A stretch of DNA of 64,000 bases. Origin: Candidatus Latescibacterota bacterium (lineage in GTDB: Bacteria; Latescibacterota; UBA2968). Shown in pieces: positions 19,873 through 28,992 of this stretch; position 1 is the stretch's first letter; every line of letters starts with the position of its first letter. The translations under genes and the position numbers were made by a program. The stretch spans positions 1,120,001 through 1,184,000 of the forward strand of contig OZ242195.1 of NCBI GenBank assembly GCA_965205975.1, written 5' to 3'. The notes beneath the pieces are model-generated. The model was not told where the DNA came from. It did not search any database and saw only the letters and a program-made list of their open reading frames with translations.

Positions 19873-21234
19873 ATGGGAAAACAAAATATTGAGAAGCCGA
19901 ATATTATCTATATCATGCTGGATGAATGGGGATACTTTGAGTGGTCCGCCATGGACCATCCCATTCTTCAGACGCCCAATATCGACAGGATGGCGTCTGA
20001 GGGCATCCAGTTTACTCAGATGCTTGCGGGAGGCAATGTCTGTGCGCCGACGCGTTGTGCACTGATGACAGGTCAGCATACGGGCCACACAACGATCCGC
20101 GCAAATGGCGGCGGTCTGGCACTGCGTCCGGATGATGTGACGATCGCCGAAATGCTCAAAGCCGAGGGCTACGCAACTGGCGGCTTCGGCAAGTGGGGCC
20201 TGGGCGATGCCGGGACAACGGGTGTACCTGAGAAACACGGCTTTGATACCTTCTTCGGTTATTATCATCAGGTGCATGCACACACGTACTATCCGAGATA
20301 TCTTCTCCACAATAGTGAGAAGATGTATCTGGAGGGGAATACAGGTGATTTCCACACTGGCGAGGTGTTCTCCCATGGCCTCATCTATGAAGAAGGGCTG
20401 AAGTTCATACGAGAGAACAAAGATCGCCCATTCTTTGCCTATTTACCGTGGACGCCTCCGCACGGCCAGTGGATGATGCCGGAATCGGATCCAGCCTGGC
20501 AGAAGTACAGGGACGTGAAATGGGATGCCACGAACCAGAGAGGACCGCACGATGCACAGATGTACGCCGCGATGATGGAAATGGCCGATCGCCAGATCGG
20601 TGAGATTATGGATCTGCTGAAGGCGTTGCAGATTGACGAGAAGACCATCATTTTTGCTTGCGGCGACAATGGAGGTGCTCCTTATTTTGCAAATGATAAT
20701 CATCCGCATGGCTTTTTTGCCCCCAATCTGAATCCCGGGACGGGCGAACGCTTCCGCGGGGGCAAGGGCAATTTCTATGAAGGCGGATTACGGGTTCCCT
20801 TTATTGTCCGGTGGCCGGGTCAAATTGAGCCGGGAATGGTTTCTGATCATCTGGGATACTTTCCGGATGTGATGCCCACTCTGGCAGAACTGACGGGGGC
20901 GAAGCCCGGGTCTGAGATTGATGGTATTTCGATCGCGCCCACATTGCGCGGTGAGACCGGGCGCACGCAGGCGCAGCACGAGTACCTGTACTGGGAGGAT
21001 CGGAAAAGTTGCGCTGTTCGTATGGGAAGTTGGAAAGCCGTGAGACCAGACAATGACGGGCCGTTTGAGTTATATGACTTGAGCACAGATGTTGAAGAAC
21101 TGAACGATGTTGCTGCTCAGTATTCTGACGTTCTCGAGAAGATGACGCAGTATGCCGGGGATGCTCATACACCGGTTCGCGAAGGCGAGATTCTCGATCC
21201 ATCTATGGGATTCAAAGGACACGATGAGGATTAG
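19873..21234 (+). CDS. arylsulfatase
   Basis: CAPTRCALMTG, GKWGLG, GDNG, GKGNFYEGG. Confidence 0.93.
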   Translation: MGKQNIEKPNIIYIMLDEWGYFEWSAMDHPILQTPNIDRMASEGIQFTQMLAGGNVCAPTRCALMTGQHTGHTTIRANGGGLALRPDDVTIAEMLKAEGYATGGFGKWGLGDAGTTGVPEKHGFDTFFGYYHQVHAHTYYPRYLLHNSEKMYLEGNTGDFHTGEVFSHGLIYEEGLKFIRENKDRPFFAYLPWTPPHGQWMMPESDPAWQKYRDVKWDATNQRGPHDAQMYAAMMEMADRQIGEIMDLLKALQIDEKTIIFACGDNGGAPYFANDNHPHGFFAPNLNPGTGERFRGGKGNFYEGGLRVPFIVRWPGQIEPGMVSDHLGYFPDVMPTLAELTGAKPGSEIDGISIAPTLRGETGRTQAQHEYLYWEDRKSCAVRMGSWKAVRPDNDGPFELYDLSTDVEELNDVAAQYSDVLEKMTQYAGDAHTPVREGEILDPSMGFKGHDED

Positions 21235-21241
21235 GTCGTTC

Positions 21242-22121
21242 ATGGCAGACACTAAAGCAAATAAAAGCAATCAACACAATGTGCTCTTTATCGCCATTGA
21301 CGATCTGTGTGGTTGTCCCGATGCGATGAACGGAGAAACCTCTGTTCATACTCCCAATATGAATGCGCTTGCCCAAAAGGGCGTGTATTTTACCAATGCA
21401 CATTGTGCAGCGCCTGCGTGCAATCCTTCACGTGTAAGTGTGATGACGGGGTTGGCACCATCGACATCGGGCGTGTATCTCAATAGGCAGGATTGGAGAA
21501 AATGTAAGAGCCTGAAAGATAGGATTACACTGCCTCAATATTTCAAGGGCAAGGGGTACAAAACCCTTGGCGGCTGTCAGTTTTACCGACGACATGGTTG
21601 GGCGTCTATTAGCTGCACTTCAAAATGGACCTCACGCCGAAAATACTATTATTGTGTTGTGGTCAGACAATGGGTATCATCTGGGGCAAAAGGAGCATTG
21701 GGAGAAATTCGCATTGTGGGAGCAGACCACGCGGGTACCGATGATCATCGTTGCGCCTGGAGAGATTGCCTCGGGCAAGGTCTGCAAACAGGCTGTCAGC
21801 TTGCTCGATATTTATCCCACGCTAATCGAATTGTCTGGCGGCAAAATATCAGGAGATTTCGATGGGGTGAGTCTGGTCCCTTTGCTACATAACCCAGAAG
21901 AGGAGACCCATCGCGCAGTGGTCTGCACACAGGGATGCAATAACCATGCAATAAGATCGGATAGGTGGCGTTATATCCGGTATGAAGACGGATCGGAAGA
22001 ATTATACGACCATCAAAGCGATGGGAAAGAGTTCCACAATCTGGCAGATCGGGAAGCGTATGTTTCCGTCAAACGAGAACTGGCATCATGGTTGCCAAAA
22101 CACAATGCGGAACCACAATAG
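21242..22121 (+). pseudogene. iduronate-sulfatase-like sulfatase with an internal deletion and frameshift
   Basis: NVLFIAIDDL..CNPSR..GYKTLGG joins at TTGGCGGC (21567-21574) to another frame reading LAAVSFTDDMVG..WSDNGYHLG. Confidence 0.85.
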
Positions 22122-22145
22122 ATGGTAACAAACAGGGAGAAGGCT

Positions 22146-22922
22146 ATGAAACTCACCACTGAACAAATCAGTGAATTTTACCACCGAGGGTATGTCAAAA
22201 TCCCCGGTGTGATCTCGAAATCAATGGTTGACACGGCTCGTCAAGCGATCAACTATTCCATCGGCACACTCAGCCCGAAGGGTCTGAATTTGGCAAAGCA
22301 CCACGGTGGCGGTGAGGTCGTCAGCAATCTCAATAGCAGCCCAATGATCAAGGATCTGTACCACAAAAGCCCTGTCATTTCTCTGACCGAATCTCTACTG
22401 GGCGAAGGAAATCTTAAAGTCCCCATTGGCAGGACAACTCCCGCCTCGCGTTTTCCCAATGTCCTGGGCAAAGCACCGCCCGAACCGACCGGTCACATCG
22501 ATAATATGGGCAATGGGAGAAACGGCAAACCAAAAGGTTCCTATCACCGGGGCTTTACCTGCTTTGGCATCATCTATCTCGCCGATGTACCCGAGCCTTA
22601 TAGTGGAAATTTCACAGTCTGGCCCGGGTCCCATCACGTCTATGAAGACTATCTAAATAAGGAGGGCATTGAAATTCTCTCCAATGGACAGCCACGTATT
22701 GACCAGCCCGAACCACCGGATATGATCACCGGTCAGGCAGGGGATCTCATTCTCGCTCATTTTTTGGTGTATCACTGCGCCAGCCCCAATGCTTCTCCCA
22801 ACATTCGCTATGCCACAATTGCCCGCATGAGCCATGTTGATTGCGCAAAAAATGGCAACGACTGCTTTACCGACATCTGGCGAGAATTTTCCTGCGTCCG
22901 CGAAGTGATGGGTATTGACTGA
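22146..22922 (+). CDS. PhyH family dioxygenase
   Basis: GHID, GNFTVWPGSH, YHCASPN. Confidence 0.88.
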   Translation: MKLTTEQISEFYHRGYVKIPGVISKSMVDTARQAINYSIGTLSPKGLNLAKHHGGGEVVSNLNSSPMIKDLYHKSPVISLTESLLGEGNLKVPIGRTTPASRFPNVLGKAPPEPTGHIDNMGNGRNGKPKGSYHRGFTCFGIIYLADVPEPYSGNFTVWPGSHHVYEDYLNKEGIEILSNGQPRIDQPEPPDMITGQAGDLILAHFLVYHCASPNASPNIRYATIARMSHVDCAKNGNDCFTDIWREFSCVREVMGID

Positions 22923-22985
22923 GAACTTCAAGCGACTGACGTGAAGGAGATTGTGGCAGCAGCAGAAAAGGCAACGGGCTAAAAG

Positions 22986-24299
22986 CTATTTCCTCGAAAC
23001 AGGGATGCCCCGATCAGTCTTCCATTTTCTTAGGGCTTGTCCCCATTTGCCCGGTCTGGCGTCTTCAGGAGTCAGGATCTTCTTGTCAGCGTTATACTTG
23101 AATCCCTCAAGGGTCACGTTCTCGATATCGACGCGATATGTACCATTTGTGTAATCCTTTACCGCCCCGATCGATGGCCCGTCAAAGAATTTTATGACCT
23201 TTCTGAGCCTCAGATCATCGTAGTATTCTTCCGGAATATTCATCATTTCGTGTGTTTTTACCTGCGCATCTCGCCCAAAAATCGCGTGAATATTTTTGAT
23301 GGAACACCCATCGGCAAAGCGTCCGGGTTTCGCGGCGGGATTTCTCGCCTGTTCGGCCTTCTTGACGTTTCCTCTGCCTATGGTGACCGCATATGTACTG
23401 CTTTTGGACGTGACGCCATCGACATGGACCAATCCATTGTTCGCGCTGTGAGGTCCAAGCATGACGGCACACCGTCCGTTTTCAGAGGTGATGTTTCTGG
23501 CTGTAATGTCATAAACTGCCGTGTGATCTCCCACAGCACCCGTTTCCAGTCTCAGGGTGACGCCTCCCTTTGCATAAAGATCTTCGAAGTGCAACGATTG
23601 TGCGCCGTGTAACTGAACGAGTCCGTATCCCGGGCTGGCGTTGAAGATGCGGCAATTTCGAATGGTTCCATTGGTTGCGCGAGAGATCCCCCAGTGTTTC
23701 ACATTTTCGTTGCGCGACCGTGTAGGAGTCATCGTCAATCCGCAATAGACCGTGAAGTTATCTTTTATGTCGAGGTCGGAGATGAGGAAATTTCTGACCA
23801 TTCTGCACAGGACGGTGCGGATGCCTTCGTCTTCCCGCCGTTCCCGGTCGGAATAATCGACGATGAACCGTCCGCCGAGTCCCCTAATGCTGACGTTCTC
23901 AATAAACTCATTTCCCCTTTGCTTAGGTCCCCTCCCGGATGTATCCTCATAGTCCAGGATGAAAATAACGGTTTTTGTCCCTTCTGGCCAATAGGGCTTG
24001 ATGACTGTATCCTTTTCGATCAACAGGTGTACATTTGACTTGAGATAGACTTTTGCAAATCGATAGGTGCCTTTCGGAAGAATAAGCCGTCCACCGCCTG
24101 CGGCTGCGACGTCGTTGATCGCCTTCTGCAAAAGCGCACTCTGGTTGGTTTTTGCACCGTCATCAACCAGGCTGTAATCGGATTCGAGGTTTTTCACAAA
24201 ACCGTTTGGGTCCATGGTTTCCTGGTATCTGGCCTCGGCCGTTGTGGCCCATGAGATAAGCGTGAAGGTCATGAGACCAGGTATCAAGGTGAGCTTCAT
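22986..24299 (-). CDS. secreted beta-helix glycosidase, GH82 iota-carrageenase-like
   Basis: Signal peptide; LQKAINDV..GGGRLILPKGTY..KSNVHL; GYGLVQLHGA..F..L...GGVTLRLET matches the GH82 catalytic region. Confidence 0.75.
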   Translation of the reverse strand: MKLTLIPGLMTFTLISWATTAEARYQETMDPNGFVKNLESDYSLVDDGAKTNQSALLQKAINDVAAAGGGRLILPKGTYRFAKVYLKSNVHLLIEKDTVIKPYWPEGTKTVIFILDYEDTSGRGPKQRGNEFIENVSIRGLGGRFIVDYSDRERREDEGIRTVLCRMVRNFLISDLDIKDNFTVYCGLTMTPTRSRNENVKHWGISRATNGTIRNCRIFNASPGYGLVQLHGAQSLHFEDLYAKGGVTLRLETGAVGDHTAVYDITARNITSENGRCAVMLGPHSANNGLVHVDGVTSKSSTYAVTIGRGNVKKAEQARNPAAKPGRFADGCSIKNIHAIFGRDAQVKTHEMMNIPEEYYDDLRLRKVIKFFDGPSIGAVKDYTNGTYRVDIENVTLEGFKYNADKKILTPEDARPGKWGQALRKWKTDRGIPVSRK

Positions 24300-24400
24300 A
24301 ATAGATTCTCCTTGTTTTATATCAGTGCTCGATGGTTTTTATTCTTGCACACAACTTACATATCTAAAGGCGCAACTGCAAGCTGAAGATAAAGTTATCA

Positions 24401-26383
24401 TTATCTGCCCGGCAGATTTTTTGCACGGTTCACGAGATGATGGACATCCATGTATGGTTCGGGGGCTGTGGACCTCCAGACGACCTCGCCGGTCGCATCC
24501 AGCAGGACTGTGCCGTGCGCTGGGCCGGTGTGGGCCATTCCAAACCAGCCTGCCCATTTGCCAGAAGTGTCTGAGACCAGGCTCGACGACAGCGCAGCAA
24601 CTCTCTCCTGGTCTGGATCGGATTCTGGCGTGATGATCACCAGATTGATGTCGTTCTCCCGAAGCACCTCGTCGAACAAACGCGCGTGCTCGTAACAATG
24701 CCCGCATTGAACGCCAGTGATGAATGTGACGACGGTCGTCTTGCCAGTGATCAAGCTGAGTTGCTCTGGCTCTTCCACAACCAGGAACTGTCCCATCATC
24801 CCGTTGTCTTCGTGTTCCAGGATGTGGCAGTGGTACATGTATGGTACCTGAGGATCAGCATATCGATCGAAGGCCATGATGATCCGAACGAGATCACCTG
24901 GAGGCACCAGGACTGTGTCTTTCCAGCCGAGGTCGGCACTGGTGGATGGTTGGCCGTTGCGGTCGAGAATTTGAAACTGGACCGGATGGAGGTGGAAAGG
25001 GTGCGGCTGACCGCCGCGATTATGTACTTCCCAAATCTCAATGTCTCCCAATCGCACGACCTCATCAATTCTCTCCATGTCCATTGTCTTGCCGTTGATC
25101 GGTGGTCCCCCTCGACCTCCTCGACCTCTTCGACCTCCCCGTCCCCCTCGTCCTCCTTGTCCTCGTTCGCCTTGTAGAGCCGCCAGATTCCGGGTGATGC
25201 GTTGTTGTATGTTTTGTAGTCGTCCCCCTCGTTCCCCTCGACCACCTTGTCGGAGTCCAGCCAAAACCATCGGACGGGTTTTGGCGGCGAGTGAGGGATC
25301 GATGCGGGAGATGGTGTTGAGGCGCTCTGGCAGTGCGTGAGATGCGCGTTTTGCTGGCTGGGGAACGATTTTCAACAATTGCAGGTTCCCCGTGCCGATT
25401 CCCCATAAAAACGATATAATCGTTCTCCGCAATCCTGCTTCTGGGTAGCTTTTCAACACCACCTCAGCACCGTCGCTGAAGTCAACCAGGATTTCGGCTC
25501 GCTCGCCGGGTGCGAGGATCACGCGGTTGGTTTTGAGGGGCGTCTCGAGGAATCCGCCATCTGTGGCGATCTGATGAAACTCTCGGTTATCGTCAAAGCC
25601 GATGTAGTAGATACGCGCATTCGAGCCGTTTAACAGTCTGAATCGAATGCGACGCGACTCAACCTGGAGAAATGGATTATAGGTTCCATTGATCAGCATG
25701 GTGTTTCCAAAGACAGCACCCTGGTTGCGGGCAAAGCGAAACGCACCATCGTTGTCAAACAGTCGGTCCTGGAGCACGAGTGGAATGTCGTCAACGCCGT
25801 AGGTCTTTGGCAGGTCCAGCGCATCACTGTTATCGTCATCGATCCACATGAGGCCAGCGACCCCCCGATAGACCTGCCGTCCCGTATTGCCATGCGGATG
25901 CGGGTGGTACCATAACGGAGCAGCCTGTTGATCGACCGGAAAGCTGGCAGTCCACGATACTCCAGGCTCAATTTTCTGATGTGGTGTGCCGTCCATGCGA
26001 GCGGGAACGTGCATTCCGTGCCAGTGCATTGTCGTTATTTCATCCAGGTTGTTCTGGACGATCAGATCGACATCTTCGCCCCGACGCAGTCGCAGTGTCG
26101 GTCCCAGAAACGGTCCGTTAACGCCAGCTGTCGGTGTTTGTTTGCCTGGCAAGAACTCTCGGCTTCCTTCAGCAACGGTCAGGTGAAACTGCCGACGTCC
26201 ATCCACAACGGTTCCAAATAACTGTTCGGGAATCAGCAGTTTATTCTCAAAGGTCAACCCACTGTTTGTGGCCCGGATGAACAACAGCCAGTAGCAGGTC
26301 ACGCCCAATAACAGTACGATAATCAACAGTTCGATTGTGATTGGCTTCAGCCGTCGGGACCTGGTCGCTGTATCTGCAGGCAT
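24401..26383 (-). CDS. three-domain multicopper oxidase with an RG-rich insert and a C-terminal thioredoxin-like domain
   Basis: HWHG, WYHPH, HPFHLH, HCHILEHEDNGMM copper motifs; N-terminal TM segment; C-terminal CGHC. Confidence 0.9.
   Translation of the reverse strand: MPADTATRSRRLKPITIELLIIVLLLGVTCYWLLFIRATNSGLTFENKLLIPEQLFGTVVDGRRQFHLTVAEGSREFLPGKQTPTAGVNGPFLGPTLRLRRGEDVDLIVQNNLDEITTMHWHGMHVPARMDGTPHQKIEPGVSWTASFPVDQQAAPLWYHPHPHGNTGRQVYRGVAGLMWIDDDNSDALDLPKTYGVDDIPLVLQDRLFDNDGAFRFARNQGAVFGNTMLINGTYNPFLQVESRRIRFRLLNGSNARIYYIGFDDNREFHQIATDGGFLETPLKTNRVILAPGERAEILVDFSDGAEVVLKSYPEAGLRRTIISFLWGIGTGNLQLLKIVPQPAKRASHALPERLNTISRIDPSLAAKTRPMVLAGLRQGGRGERGGRLQNIQQRITRNLAALQGERGQGGRGGRGGRRGRGGRGGPPINGKTMDMERIDEVVRLGDIEIWEVHNRGGQPHPFHLHPVQFQILDRNGQPSTSADLGWKDTVLVPPGDLVRIIMAFDRYADPQVPYMYHCHILEHEDNGMMGQFLVVEEPEQLSLITGKTTVVTFITGVQCGHCYEHARLFDEVLRENDINLVIITPESDPDQERVAALSSSLVSDTSGKWAGWFGMAHTGPAHGTVLLDATGEVVWRSTAPEPYMDVHHLVNRAKNLPGR
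25108..25245. repeat. low-complexity (CCTCGACCT)-type repeats encoding a Gly/Arg-rich loop
   Basis: cctcgacctcctcgacctcttcgacctccccgtccccctcgtcctcc; protein QGGRGGRGGRRGRGGRGG. Confidence 0.75.
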
Positions 26384-26492
26384 GCTTTCTCCTTATATGG
26401 GTGATCCGCGTTGCGCGCTTGTGCGCGAGTGGTGTGACATCTTATTTGACAGCAGAAATTCGTGGCGCGTTCCATTCATTGCGCATCCTAAT

Positions 26493-26528
26493 AAAAAAAG
26501 GTCGTGAGATTAGTTCCCACGACCTTTT
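26493..26528 (-). terminator. intrinsic terminator downstream of the FAH gene, possibly bidirectional
   Basis: A7-GGTCGTG...CACGACC-TTTT. Confidence 0.7.
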
Positions 26529-26582
26529 GACTTTGATTACTGAAAAAACTGAGTTACAAAATCAGAATTCGTTCAACCTGTT

Positions 26583-27422
26583 TTACCAACGCCTCTTCAG
26601 CGCATCGCGGACACTGACCTCTAAGTGAGGACCGAATCCCTCGATCTCCAACCGAACTTTGAAGCCATCCTGAATCGGTGACAGAGCTTCGTGATGGGTG
26701 CCGGTTGCAACGACATCCCCTGGTTCAAGGGTGATGACGCTGGTGATTTCCTCCAGCAACTCGGGGATGTGGCGGGCCATATCGCCTGTAGAAAAATCGT
26801 GTTTGAGGGTGTTGTTGACCCATAGCTTCACTGAAAGGTCATTTGGGTCTGATACCTCATCGGCAGTCACCAGAGTCGGTCCGAGGGGAGCAAATGTGTG
26901 CCAGCTTTTTCCCAGGAAGAAGCCACCGGGCAATCCCCGAGCCGAAACATCTATGAACTGTGTATAACCAAAGACGTGGTCCAGCGCATCGGCTTGCGAG
27001 AGGTGGCTGGCTCTCTTGCCGATTACCAGTGCCAACTCTGGCTCAAAATGGAAAACACTCGCTTCGGCGTCCGGGAGTTCAACCGTGCTGCCGGTAGGCA
27101 TCACACTCGTGTTGGCCTTGAGAAATCCATTGAACAGACTTCGCTCCGGCTGCCCCGGCTCGATATAATTACCAGCGGCACACATGAGTTGACTGGGGCG
27201 GGGCAGGGGCGATTGCAAAGTCACCGTATCGAGGGCGACACCGTTTCCACCTTCTATAGCGCTCTCGATTCTGGATTGCATGGCATCCCAATCAGTAATG
27301 ATCATCTGCATCATTTCTTGAGCGTTGTGATACCCTAAGTCAGCGACCGAATTACCAACTGGGACGACTGTATCGCCTTGCAAAACACCCAGTTGAAAAT
27401 CATTGTAGAGTACGAGTTTCAT
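26583..27422 (-). CDS. fumarylacetoacetate hydrolase family protein
   Basis: AGNY, HFEPELALVIG, DVSAR, GKS..TFAPLGP, GDVVATGT. Confidence 0.93.
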   Translation of the reverse strand: MKLVLYNDFQLGVLQGDTVVPVGNSVADLGYHNAQEMMQMIITDWDAMQSRIESAIEGGNGVALDTVTLQSPLPRPSQLMCAAGNYIEPGQPERSLFNGFLKANTSVMPTGSTVELPDAEASVFHFEPELALVIGKRASHLSQADALDHVFGYTQFIDVSARGLPGGFFLGKSWHTFAPLGPTLVTADEVSDPNDLSVKLWVNNTLKHDFSTGDMARHIPELLEEITSVITLEPGDVVATGTHHEALSPIQDGFKVRLEIEGFGPHLEVSVRDALKRRW

Positions 27423-27552
27423 GAGAATTTCCTCCTGAAAAATAATGTTAATGAAGATCCTTTTCTGGGAATCTATCTCGTTTAAGCTCGGCCAATATAA
27501 GACATTTTCCCGGGGATTGAAAATCTGAATGATGGCTTGCGATTTCTTTCAC

Positions 27553-27983
27553 TTTCCTGTAGGAAGCCCCGTCCTTTGGGCGTGGTCAGAGATAGTTGGC
27601 TTTGCCGTTAAGCCGTTTTGTGGGTATATTTCGCAGGTGCTATCGTAGCGCACACAAAGGCACTCTCTTTTGAGAGTAAACGGTTTCGGTGTGGGATAGC
27701 ACACAAAATCCTCTCTGTGATGTTAGTTGAGAGGCAGATTTGGCAACAACAGCGGTATGGATTGCGGTTGTGTTGTCGTCAAATCTGATGGGCACAGTTA
27801 GGGGCCTGACCTCCCAAACCTGCGGTAGCAATCCGCTGCTGTCAACTGCCCTGAAGTCTCGCCACGCAGTGAGCGGTTTAAACCTAAGCCCTTGCTCGGA
27901 TATGCTGCATTGCCTCCAATGGGTGGGTCAAGCACCTGGGGTGTGGCAGGGACAAGCCACCTGCTCAGCAGGTGGTGGTTGAC
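27553..27983 (+). mobile_element. non-autonomous ORF-less IS200/IS605-derived element
   Basis: Inserted 3' of TCAC. Left end GAAG + hairpin CCCCGTCC-TTT-GGGCGTGG. Right end CAAG + CCACCTGC-TCA-GCAGGTGG + TGGTTGAC. Removing it restores the host reading frame. Confidence 0.85.
27602..27630 (+). promoter_or_regulatory. sigma70-like promoter inside the element
   Basis: TTGCCG-17 bp-TATATT, same architecture as the tnpB promoter at 1392-1420. Confidence 0.55.
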
Positions 27984-28000
27984 ATCGTTCTGACTATCCG
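27637..28000 (+). ncRNA. predicted structured RNA: 5' hairpin domains + TnpB omegaRNA-like scaffold + flank-derived guide
   Basis: Stems GTGCTATC/GATAGCAC, ACTCTC/GAGAGT, CCTCTC/GAGAGG, CAGATTTG/CAAATCTG; GTCAAC (27841) is complementary to terminal GTTGAC (27978). Confidence 0.55.
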
Positions 28001-28992
28001 GAGTTGTATCGGCATGATGAAAATCATCCTGCCAAAGCCTTAAAGCCCTATCAGAGCTACATAGATAATCCCCTTTATATGCCATATGATCGCATCCATA
28101 ACGCGGTCAATAACTATGATTATTATGGCAGTATTACTGCGGTGGATGAGCAATTGGGGCGGGTTTTGGATTGGCTCGATAACCAGCCTGAAAGTGTTCG
28201 GGATAATACCATTGTCATCTATACGTCCGACCATGGTGCGATGGGTGGTGCTCAGAATGTTGCAGGAGGGCAAAAGAGATGGCCGCATGACCCTTCATCG
28301 AGAATACCATTTCTCGTGCGTTGGCATAAGGGTATTGACACTCCCGGGCGGGAAGCGGATGAACTCTTCTCATTCATTGATTTCTTTCCGACCTTTTGTC
28401 ATTTGGCAGGATTAGACGAAATGTTGGCAAAAAAAAATGATAGAGAAAGCCTGGAGTCTTTAGGCTACTTAAAAGCCAGTCCTGGTGTGAATCACAGTAG
28501 AAATATTATGGCAGAATCAGGCGGACCTGATCCAGATTCTGTATTTTTATTTCATTTTAGCAATATGAATTCCATATCGAGTCCTTGTCCTATTCACCGA
28601 ACCGTTGTGACAAAGGACTGGGCATATAGTGTCAAGGGGAAAACACGCCTGGGGGGGAAACCGAATTGGACAGTGTGGGACGAACCCGGCGGTTGGCTGT
28701 ACGACCGAGGCAAAGATCCGTTTCAGTTGGACAATTTGTTTTTCAATGAGAATTTTGAAGCCATTCGCACAGAGCTTCATCCTTTATTACAAAACTGGAT
28801 GAAAGAGGCAGAACTTCCATTTAGAAATAGGTGGTTTGAGAAAACGACCCGGAAAAATATCGAAGCGTGGTCATCTGAATGTGGTATTCTCTCTGAAGAC
28901 GAAGAAGCGATGAGAACACAGGGCCAGTCGTACGTCATGAATGTATGAATGTGTTCATTAAAAAAATGATCTCACACATTGGAGGAAGTGAC

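Larger units (their letters stand above)
27501..28948 (+). pseudogene. sulfatase C-terminal half: 5' part deleted and interrupted by the ORF-less element
   Basis: YYGSITAVDEQLGRVL, NTIVIYTSDHG, RIPFLVRW present; no CxPxR motif or N-terminus. Confidence 0.8.

Noticed and set aside
27637..27702. c-di-GMP-I riboswitch suggested by AAAGGCA
   Set aside because: Lacks the GAAA tetraloop, GCAAA junction and receptor
27950..27983. IscB/HEARO RNA start on the minus strand (GTCAACCACC..GGCTTG)
   Set aside because: No iscB ORF; promoter orientation and the tnpB-like AAVNCPEVS remnant favour a plus-strand TnpB-type right end
27740..28085. short ORFs overlapping the ORF-less element
   Set aside because: No RBS or family motifs; the region is better explained by RNA stems and IS ends
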